A stretch of DNA of 61,908 nt, the filler included, from Nitrospinota bacterium (GTDB taxonomy: Bacteria; JAUXIQ01), in assembly GCA_030620925.1 (NCBI GenBank). It is 10 parts of 10 records of this genome, joined end to end, with 100 filler letters (N's around TTAATTAATTAA, not from the genome) between each part and the next. Parts side by side here need not be neighbours in the genome. Positions count along the whole stretch, not along the records: positions 25,933 to 42,387 come from JAUXIQ010000009.1; positions 42,488 to 48,545 come from JAUXIQ010000139.1; positions 48,646 to 52,834 come from JAUXIQ010000246.1; 7 more parts are not named here. The stretch is one strand, 5' to 3'. Of this stretch, positions 40,677 through 49,937 are shown one piece after another. A program made the translations under genes and the position numbers. Each line of letters begins with the position of its first letter. Within the stretch, counting starts at the first letter, position 1. The notes under the pieces are model-generated. The model was not told the origin of the DNA, did no database searches, and was given only the letters and a program-made list of their open reading frames with translations.

Positions 40677-41780
40677 TCAGTCTGATTTGGCTTCCAGAAA
40701 GTCTTTGACCGCTTTAAAAAACTGAACATTGGCTTTCTCGTAAGGGATTATGTGACTGGCTTTGGGGATTTCCACGTATTTTTTGACATCGCTGCCCAGC
40801 TCCTCTACGAGCAGTTTGTTGTCCTCCCGTGTGGCTACAGTGTCATATTCTCCGCGTATGACAAGGGTGGGTATCGTTATTTTGGAAGCATCGAACTGCG
40901 GATTGGCCCGCAGCATGTCAACTAAACGCCCCAATGGAACTAGAAAGGAGCCTTCCAGTTCATCGGATTTAGGATCAGAATCAAGCAATGCGTCTCTGAC
41001 AACTTCGAAAACACCGGGAATAAGAAGCTCATCTTTGGCGCCCAACTGGTACCAATCTCCCAAAGAGGGATTAATAGTAATCACCTTTACCGTGATGTTA
41101 AAGTAGCCTTCGTAGCCGCGATAATTCTCGGCCAATCCCAGGTTTTCGTATCCGGGAGCGAAAAGGACCAGCCTGGCCACCCTGTCCTGGTGTCGGATGG
41201 TGTAGATGGGCGCCGTTCGGGAAGCGCCCAGTGCCCAGCCCAATAGATGGACCTTCTCCACACCTCTGAGGTTCATGATGAAATCGACCACCCGCTCCAC
41301 GTCATTGATTGCAACATCAGAATGGATGGGCGCCTTGCTCTCAGGGAAATCTGAAGGCACGTCCATCGAGGGAGGCCTTGTGGATAGGCCGTATCCCTCA
41401 TAGTCCAGGGCAAACGTATCCCAGCCATGAAGGGCAAGGTAGCGCATCATCGAGCAATTCTCATGATCGAGGTCGAATGCGATGTAGCCGGGAGTGGGAT
41501 AGCCATGGAGAAAGAGTATAACCTTCCCATCCTTTGGTGCGGTCCGCTCGCGCCCGGAAAGCACCACCTCCCGCACATGGATGAGGACGTTGGGATCGAG
41601 GTTGTACTGCTCGTAGAGGGGCTCAATGCTCTTGTGATTAACGAAGTAATCGTTTCTAACGATCCCATTGGAAGAATCGGCCAGCGCTTGTGGAACAGGA
41701 GCGATGAGCACTCCGAGAATTACCAACACTGCCAGTGAGATTAAAGGCCGTCGATTTGGCTTTCTCGTTCGGCAAAGCAT
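40677..41780 (-). CDS. Secreted alpha/beta-hydrolase fold protein with Ala at the nucleophile position
   Basis: AAGGAGG RBS before ATG 41780; signal peptide; FLHG, GYGLS, GWALG, RGEYD and ASH motifs. Confidence 0.85.
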   Translation of the reverse strand: MLCRTRKPNRRPLISLAVLVILGVLIAPVPQALADSSNGIVRNDYFVNHKSIEPLYEQYNLDPNVLIHVREVVLSGRERTAPKDGKVILFLHGYPTPGYIAFDLDHENCSMMRYLALHGWDTFALDYEGYGLSTRPPSMDVPSDFPESKAPIHSDVAINDVERVVDFIMNLRGVEKVHLLGWALGASRTAPIYTIRHQDRVARLVLFAPGYENLGLAENYRGYEGYFNITVKVITINPSLGDWYQLGAKDELLIPGVFEVVRDALLDSDPKSDELEGSFLVPLGRLVDMLRANPQFDASKITIPTLVIRGEYDTVATREDNKLLVEELGSDVKKYVEIPKASHIIPYEKANVQFFKAVKDFLEAKSD

Positions 41781-41906
41781 GGCATACCTCCTTAAAGTAA
41801 AATTGTTCACCAACCATTTTGTTGGGCTGTTTAGCGCTGAATTTTAAAACATCTTCTTGCCGGGCTGTACGGTTTTTGAGGAGAAGGCTGGCTCGTCACG
41901 AAGCTG

Positions 41907-42387
41907 TTATCTGTCTATGAACACGTGTTCCTTGCCCGCCCCTGAAGCGGATCGTGAAAAATCTATAAATTTCGCCTCGTCCTCGATTAACCGTTCTATG
42001 GCTTGCGTTCCCTCCGGTGTTCCTCTCGCTCCGGCAGATTCCGCTCGATCATACCATACTTCAGCCTGACCCATAAACGGCTCCTCCATCTTACCCCTCG
42101 ATTCCCTCAATGGGTCAATAAGAGTACTGGGCACTCTGTGAACCTGCATATAGCGCTTGAGTCTGATGGCAGGGGCCACTGATCTCACCAGCGGGCCGTG
42201 GTGCATACGCCAATATAGTTGTGCTTCTTCCAGAGACAGGTCTGGCAGATTTTGCACGAAGTAGCATTGTCTTATAATCGGGCTTTCAGGCCTGGCAACA
42301 ATGTTCTCCGGGCTGGGGTTCACCTGCGGCAGCTCCATGGCCAGCCACATGGAGGAACGCGAGAAATCGATAAAATTTTTCTCATCC
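41907..42387 (-). CDS. EthD-domain protein, 5' end truncated (probably tandem domains)
   Basis: YW...HGPLV...RYMQVH...AEVW...L.EDEAKFIDFSRS; the frame is open to the contig edge with a second 'DEKNFIDFSRS'. Confidence 0.85.
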
Positions 42388-42487
42388 NNNNNNNNNNNNN
42401 NNNNNNNNNNNNNNNNNNNNNNNNNNNNNNNTTAATTAATTAANNNNNNNNNNNNNNNNNNNNNNNNNNNNNNNNNNNNNNNNNNNN

Positions 42488-42573
42488 CTTCCCGTGTGCC
42501 GCGAGTCTACCTGGTTTGAGTTTCGATCGCGGGAAGCGTCCGGGGAGGGGAAGTCAATGCCGGGTGCACGGCC
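42488..42573 (+). ncRNA. ffs: 3' part of a large (Bacillus scRNA-type) signal recognition particle RNA
   Basis: TGTGCCGC...CCTGG...GAG...GTCAA...GGTGCACGG resembles the 3' half of large bacterial SRP RNA as I recall it; canonical position directly upstream of dnaX. Confidence 0.7.
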
Positions 42574-42698
42574 CTTTATCCTCGCATGAGTAGTTCACGC
42601 CGTCTACCAGCGGCGATAAATGTATCGGGAACAGGCTATCCGACCTGTTGATTTGCCGGGTATTGAGTTGAACGGTGGTCAGAGCAGAGGGCTGCGAC

Positions 42699-44396
42699 GT
42701 GTCTTTCCAGGTAACTGCAAGACGATGGAGGCCTCAGACCTTCGATGAGGTGGTGGGACAGGAGCATGTGACCTCCACCCTCAAGAGCGCCATCGAAAAC
42801 AACCGGGTGGCCCACGCCTATCTCTTCGCCGGAACCCGCGGCGTGGGCAAGACCACCACCGCCCGCATCCTGGCCAAGGCACTCAACTGCGAGCAGGGCC
42901 CCACCATAGACCCCTGCGGGGAGTGCGCTCCCTGCGTGGAGGTCGTCGAAGGCGGCTCCATGGACGTGATAGAGATAGACGGCGCCTCCAACCGCGGCAT
43001 AGAGGAGATACGCAGCCTCAGGGAGAACGTCAAATACGCTCCCTCCAGGGGGCGTTACAAGGTATACATAATCGATGAAGTCCATATGCTGACCATCCAC
43101 GCCTTCAACGCACTGTTGAAGACTCTCGAAGAGCCGCCGCCCGAAGTCGTATTTATCCTGGCCACCACGGAAGTAGCCAAGGTTCCGGCCACCATAGTGT
43201 CTCGATGCCAGCGGTTCGACTTCAGGCTCATCCCGCAGTCTCAGATCAGCGAGCATTTGAGGGAGATCGACGGGAAGGACTCCCTGGGCGTGCCCCCGGA
43301 AGTCCTGGAGATAATAGCCCGCAGCGCCAGGGGAAGCATGCGCGACGCCCAGAGCCTTCTGGACCAGCTTGTTTCCTACTGCGGAGGGAAGATCACCGCA
43401 GAGGAAGTGATGGCCGTCCTGGGGATGGTGGATTACGATGTGCTTTCAACCTGCGTGGACGCGCTGCTGACCGGGGATGCGGCGACCCTGCTCGGGCAGG
43501 TGGAGGAGATAAGAACCAACGGAAGAGACCCCCGCCTCTTCTGCGGCCAGTTACTGCGCTACCTGCGCGACCTGGTGGTGCTGAAGGCCGGTGGCGAGGC
43601 GACCTCCCTGCCGGAAGTGCCGCCTGAGAGGCGCGAGACCATGGCCGCGCAGATTGAGCGCGTCCCTCTCAGCAGGTTTCAGCTCCTCTTCAGCCTGCTG
43701 GCAAAGGCCGAGAGCGAAATGATCGGTTCCTCTTACCCGGACCTGGTGATGGAGATGGCTCTGGTTAAGATGAGCCGGGCGGAATCCTTCATGTCGCTCG
43801 GTGATATACTGTCCAGGCTGGAAGAACTGGAGGGCAAGCTGGGGGGAGGTGGCTACGGGCCCCTCTATGAAGGCGGCGATGAGCAGGAATCGCTTCCGCT
43901 GGTGAGAGAAACTGAGGCGAGCCGCGACGAAGAGAGCGAAGAAGGGCCGCAGGCGGAGCAGATGATGGATGCGCCTCACCCCGAGGAGGACCGACCGGGC
44001 CCGGAAGACTCTAAAAAAGAGCTGTGGCAGCGTATTCTGAGCGAAGCGAAGAAGATGAACCACTTGGCGCAATACCTGGCGCAGGGGTGGCTGGCTGATG
44101 TGAGCGAAGATGCCGTGGAGATAGCTTTTCCCAGGGAGTACAGTTTTACCGCCCAGCTTCTCAAGTCTACAGGGAAGCTGTCAGACCTCCAGGAGGTGGT
44201 GTGCAGCGCGCTGGGCCGGCGGGTAAGGGTCGGTTTTGCCGACGCTGGCCCGGATATGGGAAATTTAGAGCCGGATGAAGCAGCGAAGGAGACCCACGAA
44301 CCCTGGAACCCCCTGGCGGAACCGCTTGTGAGGCATATGCTGGATATGTTCGAAGGACGCATTGTGGATGGAGGAAAGGAACAGACACCCTTTTAA
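42699..44396 (+). CDS. dnaX: DNA polymerase III subunit gamma/tau
   Basis: ARRWRPQTF, GTRGVGKTT, EIDGASN, IIDEVHML and SRCQ motifs; probable start GTG 42699. Confidence 0.97.
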   Translation: MSFQVTARRWRPQTFDEVVGQEHVTSTLKSAIENNRVAHAYLFAGTRGVGKTTTARILAKALNCEQGPTIDPCGECAPCVEVVEGGSMDVIEIDGASNRGIEEIRSLRENVKYAPSRGRYKVYIIDEVHMLTIHAFNALLKTLEEPPPEVVFILATTEVAKVPATIVSRCQRFDFRLIPQSQISEHLREIDGKDSLGVPPEVLEIIARSARGSMRDAQSLLDQLVSYCGGKITAEEVMAVLGMVDYDVLSTCVDALLTGDAATLLGQVEEIRTNGRDPRLFCGQLLRYLRDLVVLKAGGEATSLPEVPPERRETMAAQIERVPLSRFQLLFSLLAKAESEMIGSSYPDLVMEMALVKMSRAESFMSLGDILSRLEELEGKLGGGGYGPLYEGGDEQESLPLVRETEASRDEESEEGPQAEQMMDAPHPEEDRPGPEDSKKELWQRILSEAKKMNHLAQYLAQGWLADVSEDAVEIAFPREYSFTAQLLKSTGKLSDLQEVVCSALGRRVRVGFADAGPDMGNLEPDEAAKETHEPWNPLAEPLVRHMLDMFEGRIVDGGKEQTPF

Positions 44397-44466
44397 CCTT
44401 AGTCCTGTTTTTTCCAATACCGACGGGCTGGAGGGTCTATAGTTTATACCAGAGGGGAGACAGACG

Positions 44467-44781
44467 ATGTCACGCAACATGGGAAACTTGATGAAGCAGG
44501 CGCAACAGATGCAGGAAAAGCTGTTGAAGATGCAGGAGGAGCTGGCCACCAGGACAATTGAGGCAAGCGCCGGAGGAGGGATGGTAACCGTTACCGTCAA
44601 CGGGAAGAGCGAAGTGATGTCGATCAAGATAGAGAAAGAAGTAGTGGACCCTGAAGACGTGGAGATGCTCGAAGACCTGGTGGCGGCGGCGGTGAACGAG
44701 GCCCTGCGCAAGGCGCAGGAGATGATGCAGGAAGAGATGTCCAAGGTGACGGGGGGGCTTAATATCCCCGGTCTCTTCTGA
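44467..44781 (+). CDS. ybaB: YbaB/EbfC nucleoid-associated protein
   Basis: [14 protein letters not shown] and D.EMLEDL..AA.N motifs. Confidence 0.95.
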   Translation: MSRNMGNLMKQAQQMQEKLLKMQEELATRTIEASAGGGMVTVTVNGKSEVMSIKIEKEVVDPEDVEMLEDLVAAAVNEALRKAQEMMQEEMSKVTGGLNIPGLF

Positions 44782-44798
44782 GTTTTCTGAAAGGCAGC

Positions 44799-45398
44799 AT
44801 GGTGAAACGCCCAAAACCCCTTTCCGTTCTTATCGAACGGTTGAACAAGCTCCCGGGCATAGGCGAGCGCTCTGCCCAGAGGATCGCTTACCATATATTA
44901 AAAACGCCCGAGAAGGATGCGGAGAAGCTCTCCCGGGCCATCATGGAAGTGAAGGAAAAGGTCATTCACTGTTCTCTCTGCTACAACCTCACCGATCAGG
45001 ACCCTTGCCAACTCTGCCAGGACCCCTCCCGCGACAAAGGAACGGTCTGCGTGATTGAGGAGCCGGGCGATATCTATTCCATTGAGAAGGCTGCCGGTTT
45101 CAAGGGCCTCTACCACGTGCTCATGGGGGCGCTTTCCCCTCTGGACGGCATCGGGCCCGAACAGCTCAGGATAGAACCCCTTGTGGAAAGAGTGAAAGAA
45201 GGAGGGGTGAAAGAAGTTATCGTGGCCACCAACCCTACACTCTCCGGTGAGGCGACGGCCATGTACCTGCTCAAGGTGCTTAAGCCCCTGGGGGTTAAGA
45301 TGACCCGCATCGCACACGGCTTGCCCGTGGGCGGGAACCTGGAGTTCGCCGACGAGGTGACCCTTGCCCGCTCCTTCCAGGGCCGCCAGGAGCTTTGA
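44799..45398 (+). CDS. recR: Recombination mediator RecR
   Basis: LPGIG, C4 zinc finger, YHVL.G.LSPLDG and TRIA.GLPVG motifs. Confidence 0.97.
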   Translation: MVKRPKPLSVLIERLNKLPGIGERSAQRIAYHILKTPEKDAEKLSRAIMEVKEKVIHCSLCYNLTDQDPCQLCQDPSRDKGTVCVIEEPGDIYSIEKAAGFKGLYHVLMGALSPLDGIGPEQLRIEPLVERVKEGGVKEVIVATNPTLSGEATAMYLLKVLKPLGVKMTRIAHGLPVGGNLEFADEVTLARSFQGRQEL

Positions 45399-45470
45399 GC
45401 CGCTGCGTTTTATTTACATACCGTTTCTTTGTCATACCTGGAAATATAAATATAAAGAGAGTCGCAGATG

Positions 45471-45556
45471 CCGGTTTGGGTGGGCAAACGGCTTGTAGGG
45501 GCGGGTTTCAAACCCACCCAACGTTTTCGAGTGTCGGTTTGGGTGGACAAACGGCG
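45471..45556. repeat. REP-like palindrome flanked by ~21-nt direct repeats
   Basis: CGGTTTGGGTGG(G/A)CAAACGGC occurs twice around GTAGGGGCGGGTTTCAAACCCACCCAAC. Confidence 0.7.
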
Positions 45557-45686
45557 GCAATGAAGATATTATGATAGGTGTTTGATTTTCAATTTCTGCG
45601 CGGTAAATTCCTGTAATGATCAAATAAATAACCTCTTACACCTGTTTCGTTCCAAGGCGACTTGCGGAGAAAAGGAGAGACACATA

Positions 45687-46685
45687 ATGGCTCAAAAGAA
45701 AAGCATTATGCCCAGGACAAACGAGCTGGGCTTTTACGAGATACGCATGGAGAGCATAGGAGGCCTGGGCGCCAACCTCGCCGGCCAGATGCTGGCCGAA
45801 GCGGGCATCCTGGGGATGGACCTGAACGGCGCCAGCTTCGCCAGCTACGGGTCGGAGAAGAAGGGCACGCCGGTGAAATCCTACATAAGATACTGCGACA
45901 CGGGGACGGAGGTGCGCACCAACAGCCCGGTCATGGAGCCCCACCTGCTGGTCATCTTCCACCCCAACCTCATCTGCCTCTTCCCTCTCACCCAGGGAGT
46001 GGGGCCTGAGAGCACAGTGGTGGTGAACACCCCTTTCAACACCAGAGAGATGAGGGATATACTCGAGCTGCACGGGGGGACCATAGGCAGCGTGGACGCA
46101 CTCAACATTTCAGTGGAGGAGAAGGTGAGGCTGAACACCCCCATGATGGGTGCCGCTACCAGGGCCACGGAGTTCCTGGACCCGGAGGCGGTAAAAGAAG
46201 TCATACGAAGCACCTTCGAGAAGCGATACCCCCAACTGGTCGAGCCCAACATAAAGGCCTTCCAGCGAGGACACGACGAGATAGAGTTCGAGACCTTCGA
46301 ACCGAACGACAAATATCCCTACCTGCCTTACGCGCAGGAACCGCCTCAACTGGGATACGAGAACACTCCCATTGGGGGGATCATCCTCAACCCGGGCAAT
46401 ACCGTGGTAAAAGACTGGAGCGGCTCCCGGCAAGGCTTCGTCCCGGTGCTGGACAAGGAGAAATGCATAGATTGCGGCCAGTGCGAGATAACCTGCCCCG
46501 ACTACTGCATGATCTTCGAGGAAGGTAAGGATAAGAAGGGAAAACCCGCCCAGGTATTAACGGGGATAAACCTGCAATACTGCAAAGGGTGCGGCAAATG
46601 CGCGGGGATTTGCCCGACAGAAGCTCTTAAGATGGAGCGGGAAGAGGAATACGAGCTCCTTACCTCCAGACTTGAAGGAAAGTAA
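45687..46685 (+). CDS. 2-oxoacid:ferredoxin oxidoreductase, fused gamma-delta subunit
   Basis: EIR.ESIGGLGA and YGSEKKG.PV motifs; two CxxCxxCxxxCP ferredoxin motifs; AAGGAG RBS before ATG 45687. Confidence 0.9.
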   Translation: MAQKKSIMPRTNELGFYEIRMESIGGLGANLAGQMLAEAGILGMDLNGASFASYGSEKKGTPVKSYIRYCDTGTEVRTNSPVMEPHLLVIFHPNLICLFPLTQGVGPESTVVVNTPFNTREMRDILELHGGTIGSVDALNISVEEKVRLNTPMMGAATRATEFLDPEAVKEVIRSTFEKRYPQLVEPNIKAFQRGHDEIEFETFEPNDKYPYLPYAQEPPQLGYENTPIGGIILNPGNTVVKDWSGSRQGFVPVLDKEKCIDCGQCEITCPDYCMIFEEGKDKKGKPAQVLTGINLQYCKGCGKCAGICPTEALKMEREEEYELLTSRLEGK

Positions 46686-46749
46686 CGATATTCAGTTAAG
46701 AATCGGCGGGCTATTGTTTTGATGTCGGCCCGTTTGACAGGAGGAATAA

Positions 46750-48545
46750 ATGGCGAAAGCGGTCGCGAAGGAAAAGCTCAAGAAGGTACCCCAGGAAACG
46801 GGTTTCCTCAACGGCAACGAGATGGTGGCCGAGGCGGGCAGAGCTATCGACTTCCACATGATGGGTTATTTCCCCATCACCCCCTCCACGCAGATAGCTG
46901 AAGAACTGGACGCCATGAAGGCCGAAGGGCTGCACGATATAAAAATGATCGCCGGCGACGGTGAACACAGCGCGGCGGGGATATGCCTGGGCGCGGCGGC
47001 GGGCGGCGGCCGGATATTGAACGCCACCTCCGCTCAAGGACTGCTATTCGCGCTGGAGCAATTGCCCAGCCAGGCGGGACTCCGCTTTCCCATGGTGCTC
47101 AACGTGATCTGCCGGACCATCAACTCGCCCTTGAACATCCTGGGCGACCACAGCGATATCATGTTCGCCCTCAACACGGGTTGGATAATATTCATGGCCA
47201 GGGACCCCCAGATGGTCTACGACTTGAATTTCGCCGCCGTCAAGCTGGGGGAGCTGCAGGATGTCCGGCTGCCGGTGATCGTGGCTTCGGACGGGTTTTT
47301 CACCAGCCACCAGAAGCGGAAGGTCAGCCTGTTCAAAGAGAGCAAGGCGCTTAAAGACTGGCTGGGAAGCTACGACGCACCTTATCATGCCCTCGACCCG
47401 ACTAACCCCATCACCATCGGACCCTACATGAACGACCCCGACCTCATAAATAACAAGAAACAGCAGGCCATGGCCATGGAGGCCGCCTATCGCCATCTGC
47501 CCCGGGTGTTGAAAGAGTTAGGCACGCTCAGCGGCAGGAGCTACCCCATCGTGGAGACTTACAGGATGGAAGACGCCGAGGCGGCGCTGTTCATCCTCAA
47601 CACCGCCTACGACACCACCCGGGACGCCGTGGACCGCATGCGCGAGAAGGGCCTCAAGGTGGGGGTGGTAGCCACCAACGTGCTGCGACCCTTCCCTTTG
47701 AAAGAGATTCAGGATGCCTTGAAAAAGGTGAAAGCCCTCTGCGTGGCTGACCGGCAGGACAGCTACGGGGCATGGGGCGGCAACATGAGCCTGGAGATCA
47801 AGGCCGCCCTCAAGGACGACCCCGCTAACAAGACGCTTGTCTTCAGCCGCATCTACGGACTCGGCGGCAAGCAGTTCTACATAACGGAGGCCGAGGAGCT
47901 TCTGGGTCAGGCCCTGAAAGTATCTCTGGAGGGGAAGATAGATGTCCCTTACGACTACCTGGGTGCAGACCCCGGAGACCCCGGCTACGTTATGGAACGG
48001 GTGATGAAACCTTTCACGGCGGAAGACCTGGATAACGGCATCACCGTGGAAAAGAACCCTGATACGGGCAAGGTGGATGTCAAAGGCATAAACATCCGTC
48101 GGCTGACGGGCATGCCCAAACGCATCGCCCCCGGCCACGGCGCCTGCCCCGGCTGCGGCATATTCCCCAGCCTTAACCTGTTCCTGAAAGGCATCAAGGG
48201 CCATGTGGTGGTCCTCTTCCAGACCGGCTGCGCGGAGATAGTGACTTCCGGATTCCCCTTCAGCGCCCACAGGATGACTTACATTCACAACCTGTTCCAG
48301 AACGGGGCCGCCACACTGAGCGGCCTGGTGGAAATGTACCGTGAGCGCAAGAAGCGGGGCGAGATACCTCAAGACATGGAGATAACTTTCGTCATGGTCA
48401 GCGGTGATGGCGGGCTGGATATCGGCATGGGTTCACTGGTGGGCGCCGCATTGCGCAACCACCCCATGATTATCCTGGAATACGACAACCAGGGATACAT
48501 GAACACCGGCGATCAGCTCTCGCAGACCACCCCCCTGGGCCATTC
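46750..48545 (+). CDS. 2-oxoacid:ferredoxin oxidoreductase, fused alpha-beta subunit, 3' end truncated
   Basis: YFPITPS, EHSA and DGF.TSH alpha motifs, then ACPGC...TGC...GDGG...DNQGYMNTG beta motifs, in one frame. Confidence 0.9.
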
Positions 48546-48645
48546 NNNNNNNNNNNNNNNNNNNNNNNNNNNNNNNNNNNNNNNNNNNNTTAATTAATTA
48601 ANNNNNNNNNNNNNNNNNNNNNNNNNNNNNNNNNNNNNNNNNNNN

Positions 48646-48993
48646 AAGGCCATCAACCCCGACCTGGTAGTGGGGCAGATCGTAGGCGGTGTGGTACAGG
48701 GGCAGGGAATCGCCCTCATGGAAAAAGTAGAGATGGAAAACGGCAGGATACTCAACTCAAACTTCCTGGATTACAAAATGGGCACCGTTCATGAAACACC
48801 CGGCCATATAATCCCGATCATCGTTGAGGAAGCCCACCAGGAAGGCCCCTACGGGGCGAAGGGAATCGGTGAAGGCGTCCTCGCCCCCACCGCGGCGGCT
48901 CTGAGCAACGCCATCTATGATGCCGTGGGGGTCAGGATTCACGATTTGCCTCTCACTCCTGAAAAGATATACTTTGCCCTCAAAAAACGGTAG
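48646..48993 (+). CDS. XDH-family molybdopterin subunit, C-terminal fragment
   Basis: AINP..V.GQI.GG..QG.G, GPYGAKGIGE, NAIYDA.G.RI..LP.TPE motifs. Confidence 0.9.
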   Translation, partial: KAINPDLVVGQIVGGVVQGQGIALMEKVEMENGRILNSNFLDYKMGTVHETPGHIIPIIVEEAHQEGPYGAKGIGEGVLAPTAAALSNAIYDAVGVRIHDLPLTPEKIYFALKKR

Positions 48994-49019
48994 CCCCCCG
49001 GACGATCCAGCGCCACGCG

Positions 49020-49860
49020 GAACAGAATTATCTCTACAACGCCTCTATCCTGTCATTCTGAATCTTGCCCTCGAGCGAAGCGAAGGGCCCGCCTTCCGCG
49101 GGACGGCTCGCCCATAACACCAATGTACCGGATAACATAACACGTAAGTTAAATATACAAGGGGCGTATTGCATACGCCTCAGTAGGGCGGGTTATATCC
49201 CGCCACACGCGGGACCGCCCCTACGCACAACACCGCATTCTGTCATTCTGAGCAAAGCGAAGAATCTCGCCTACCCTTGCAAACCCGCTTTCTTTTGCTC
49301 TTTTCAAATCCCCCCTCCCTTAATCCCCTCCATGCTTGCCCCGCCTTCCGCGGGGCCGGAGGAGAGGAGATTTATTGCTGACGGAATCGCGGCAAGATGC
49401 CGCTCCTACGACAGTGGGTAGTCCCGCTACACGCGGAACTTCCCCTACAATCCCGACATGTAGGGGCAGGGTTTGCCCTGCCCAGGGCGCGGTCCCGCCT
49501 GCCGCGGGACGCCATTACGAGAAATTGCTGGGGGCGTTGAGTGTCGTAGGGACGACCGTCACGCGGCAGGCGTGATCGCCCATGATCACCCTCCCTTAAT
49601 CCCCTCCACCCCTGCCCCGTGGCAGGCGGGGTCAAGGGAGGGTGACTCTAGTAACCTGAGTAACATGTAAAATACAACCACTCGTAGAGACAATTCATGA
49701 ATTGTCTCTACAACGTCTCTATGCTGTCATTCTGAGCAAAGCGAAGAATCTCGCCTACCCTTGCAAACCCCGCGTTCAGCAAGTAGGGGCGAATCTCGTA
49801 TTCGCCCAGGGCGATCACAAGGATCGCCCCTACGAGAAATTGCTGGGGCGTTGAGTGAGG
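49020..49860. repeat. ~850-bp mosaic of REP-like palindromes (BIME-like)
   Basis: Three TGTCATTCTG... units, several GTAGG...CCTAC units, the perfect 28-nt palindrome GTAGAGACAATTCATGAATTGTCTCTAC (49684-49711), and a repeated GAGAAATTGCTGGGG..CGTTGAGTG spacer. Confidence 0.9.
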
Positions 49861-49937
49861 GTGAATTTAATATATAAATCGCAGTACCGTCTGCTGTGGG
49901 GTTTTACAAGGGGTTTTTCAAAATGCCCTCTCACATC

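Noticed and set aside
44010-44022. A6G run in dnaX as an E. coli-style -1 frameshift site
   Set aside because: The run is read TCT AAA AAA GAG, not A AAA AAG, and the SD-like GAGGAGG is about 23 nt upstream rather than about 10.
44034-44053. 20-nt match to the GTCATTCTGAGCGAAGCGAAGAATCT repeat inside dnaX
   Set aside because: It encodes ILSEAK within a normal-looking 'W..IL...K' DnaX C-terminal helix and lacks the repeat's ends; probably coincidence, although exaptation is not excluded.
49128-49155. dif-like site (TAACATAA...TAAGTTAAAT)
   Set aside because: No XerC arm and wrong central spacing; the candidate near 4864-4875 has only one arm.
49020-49860. Possible CRISPR array
   Set aside because: Units differ in sequence, length and spacing, are palindromic REP types, and no cas genes are present.
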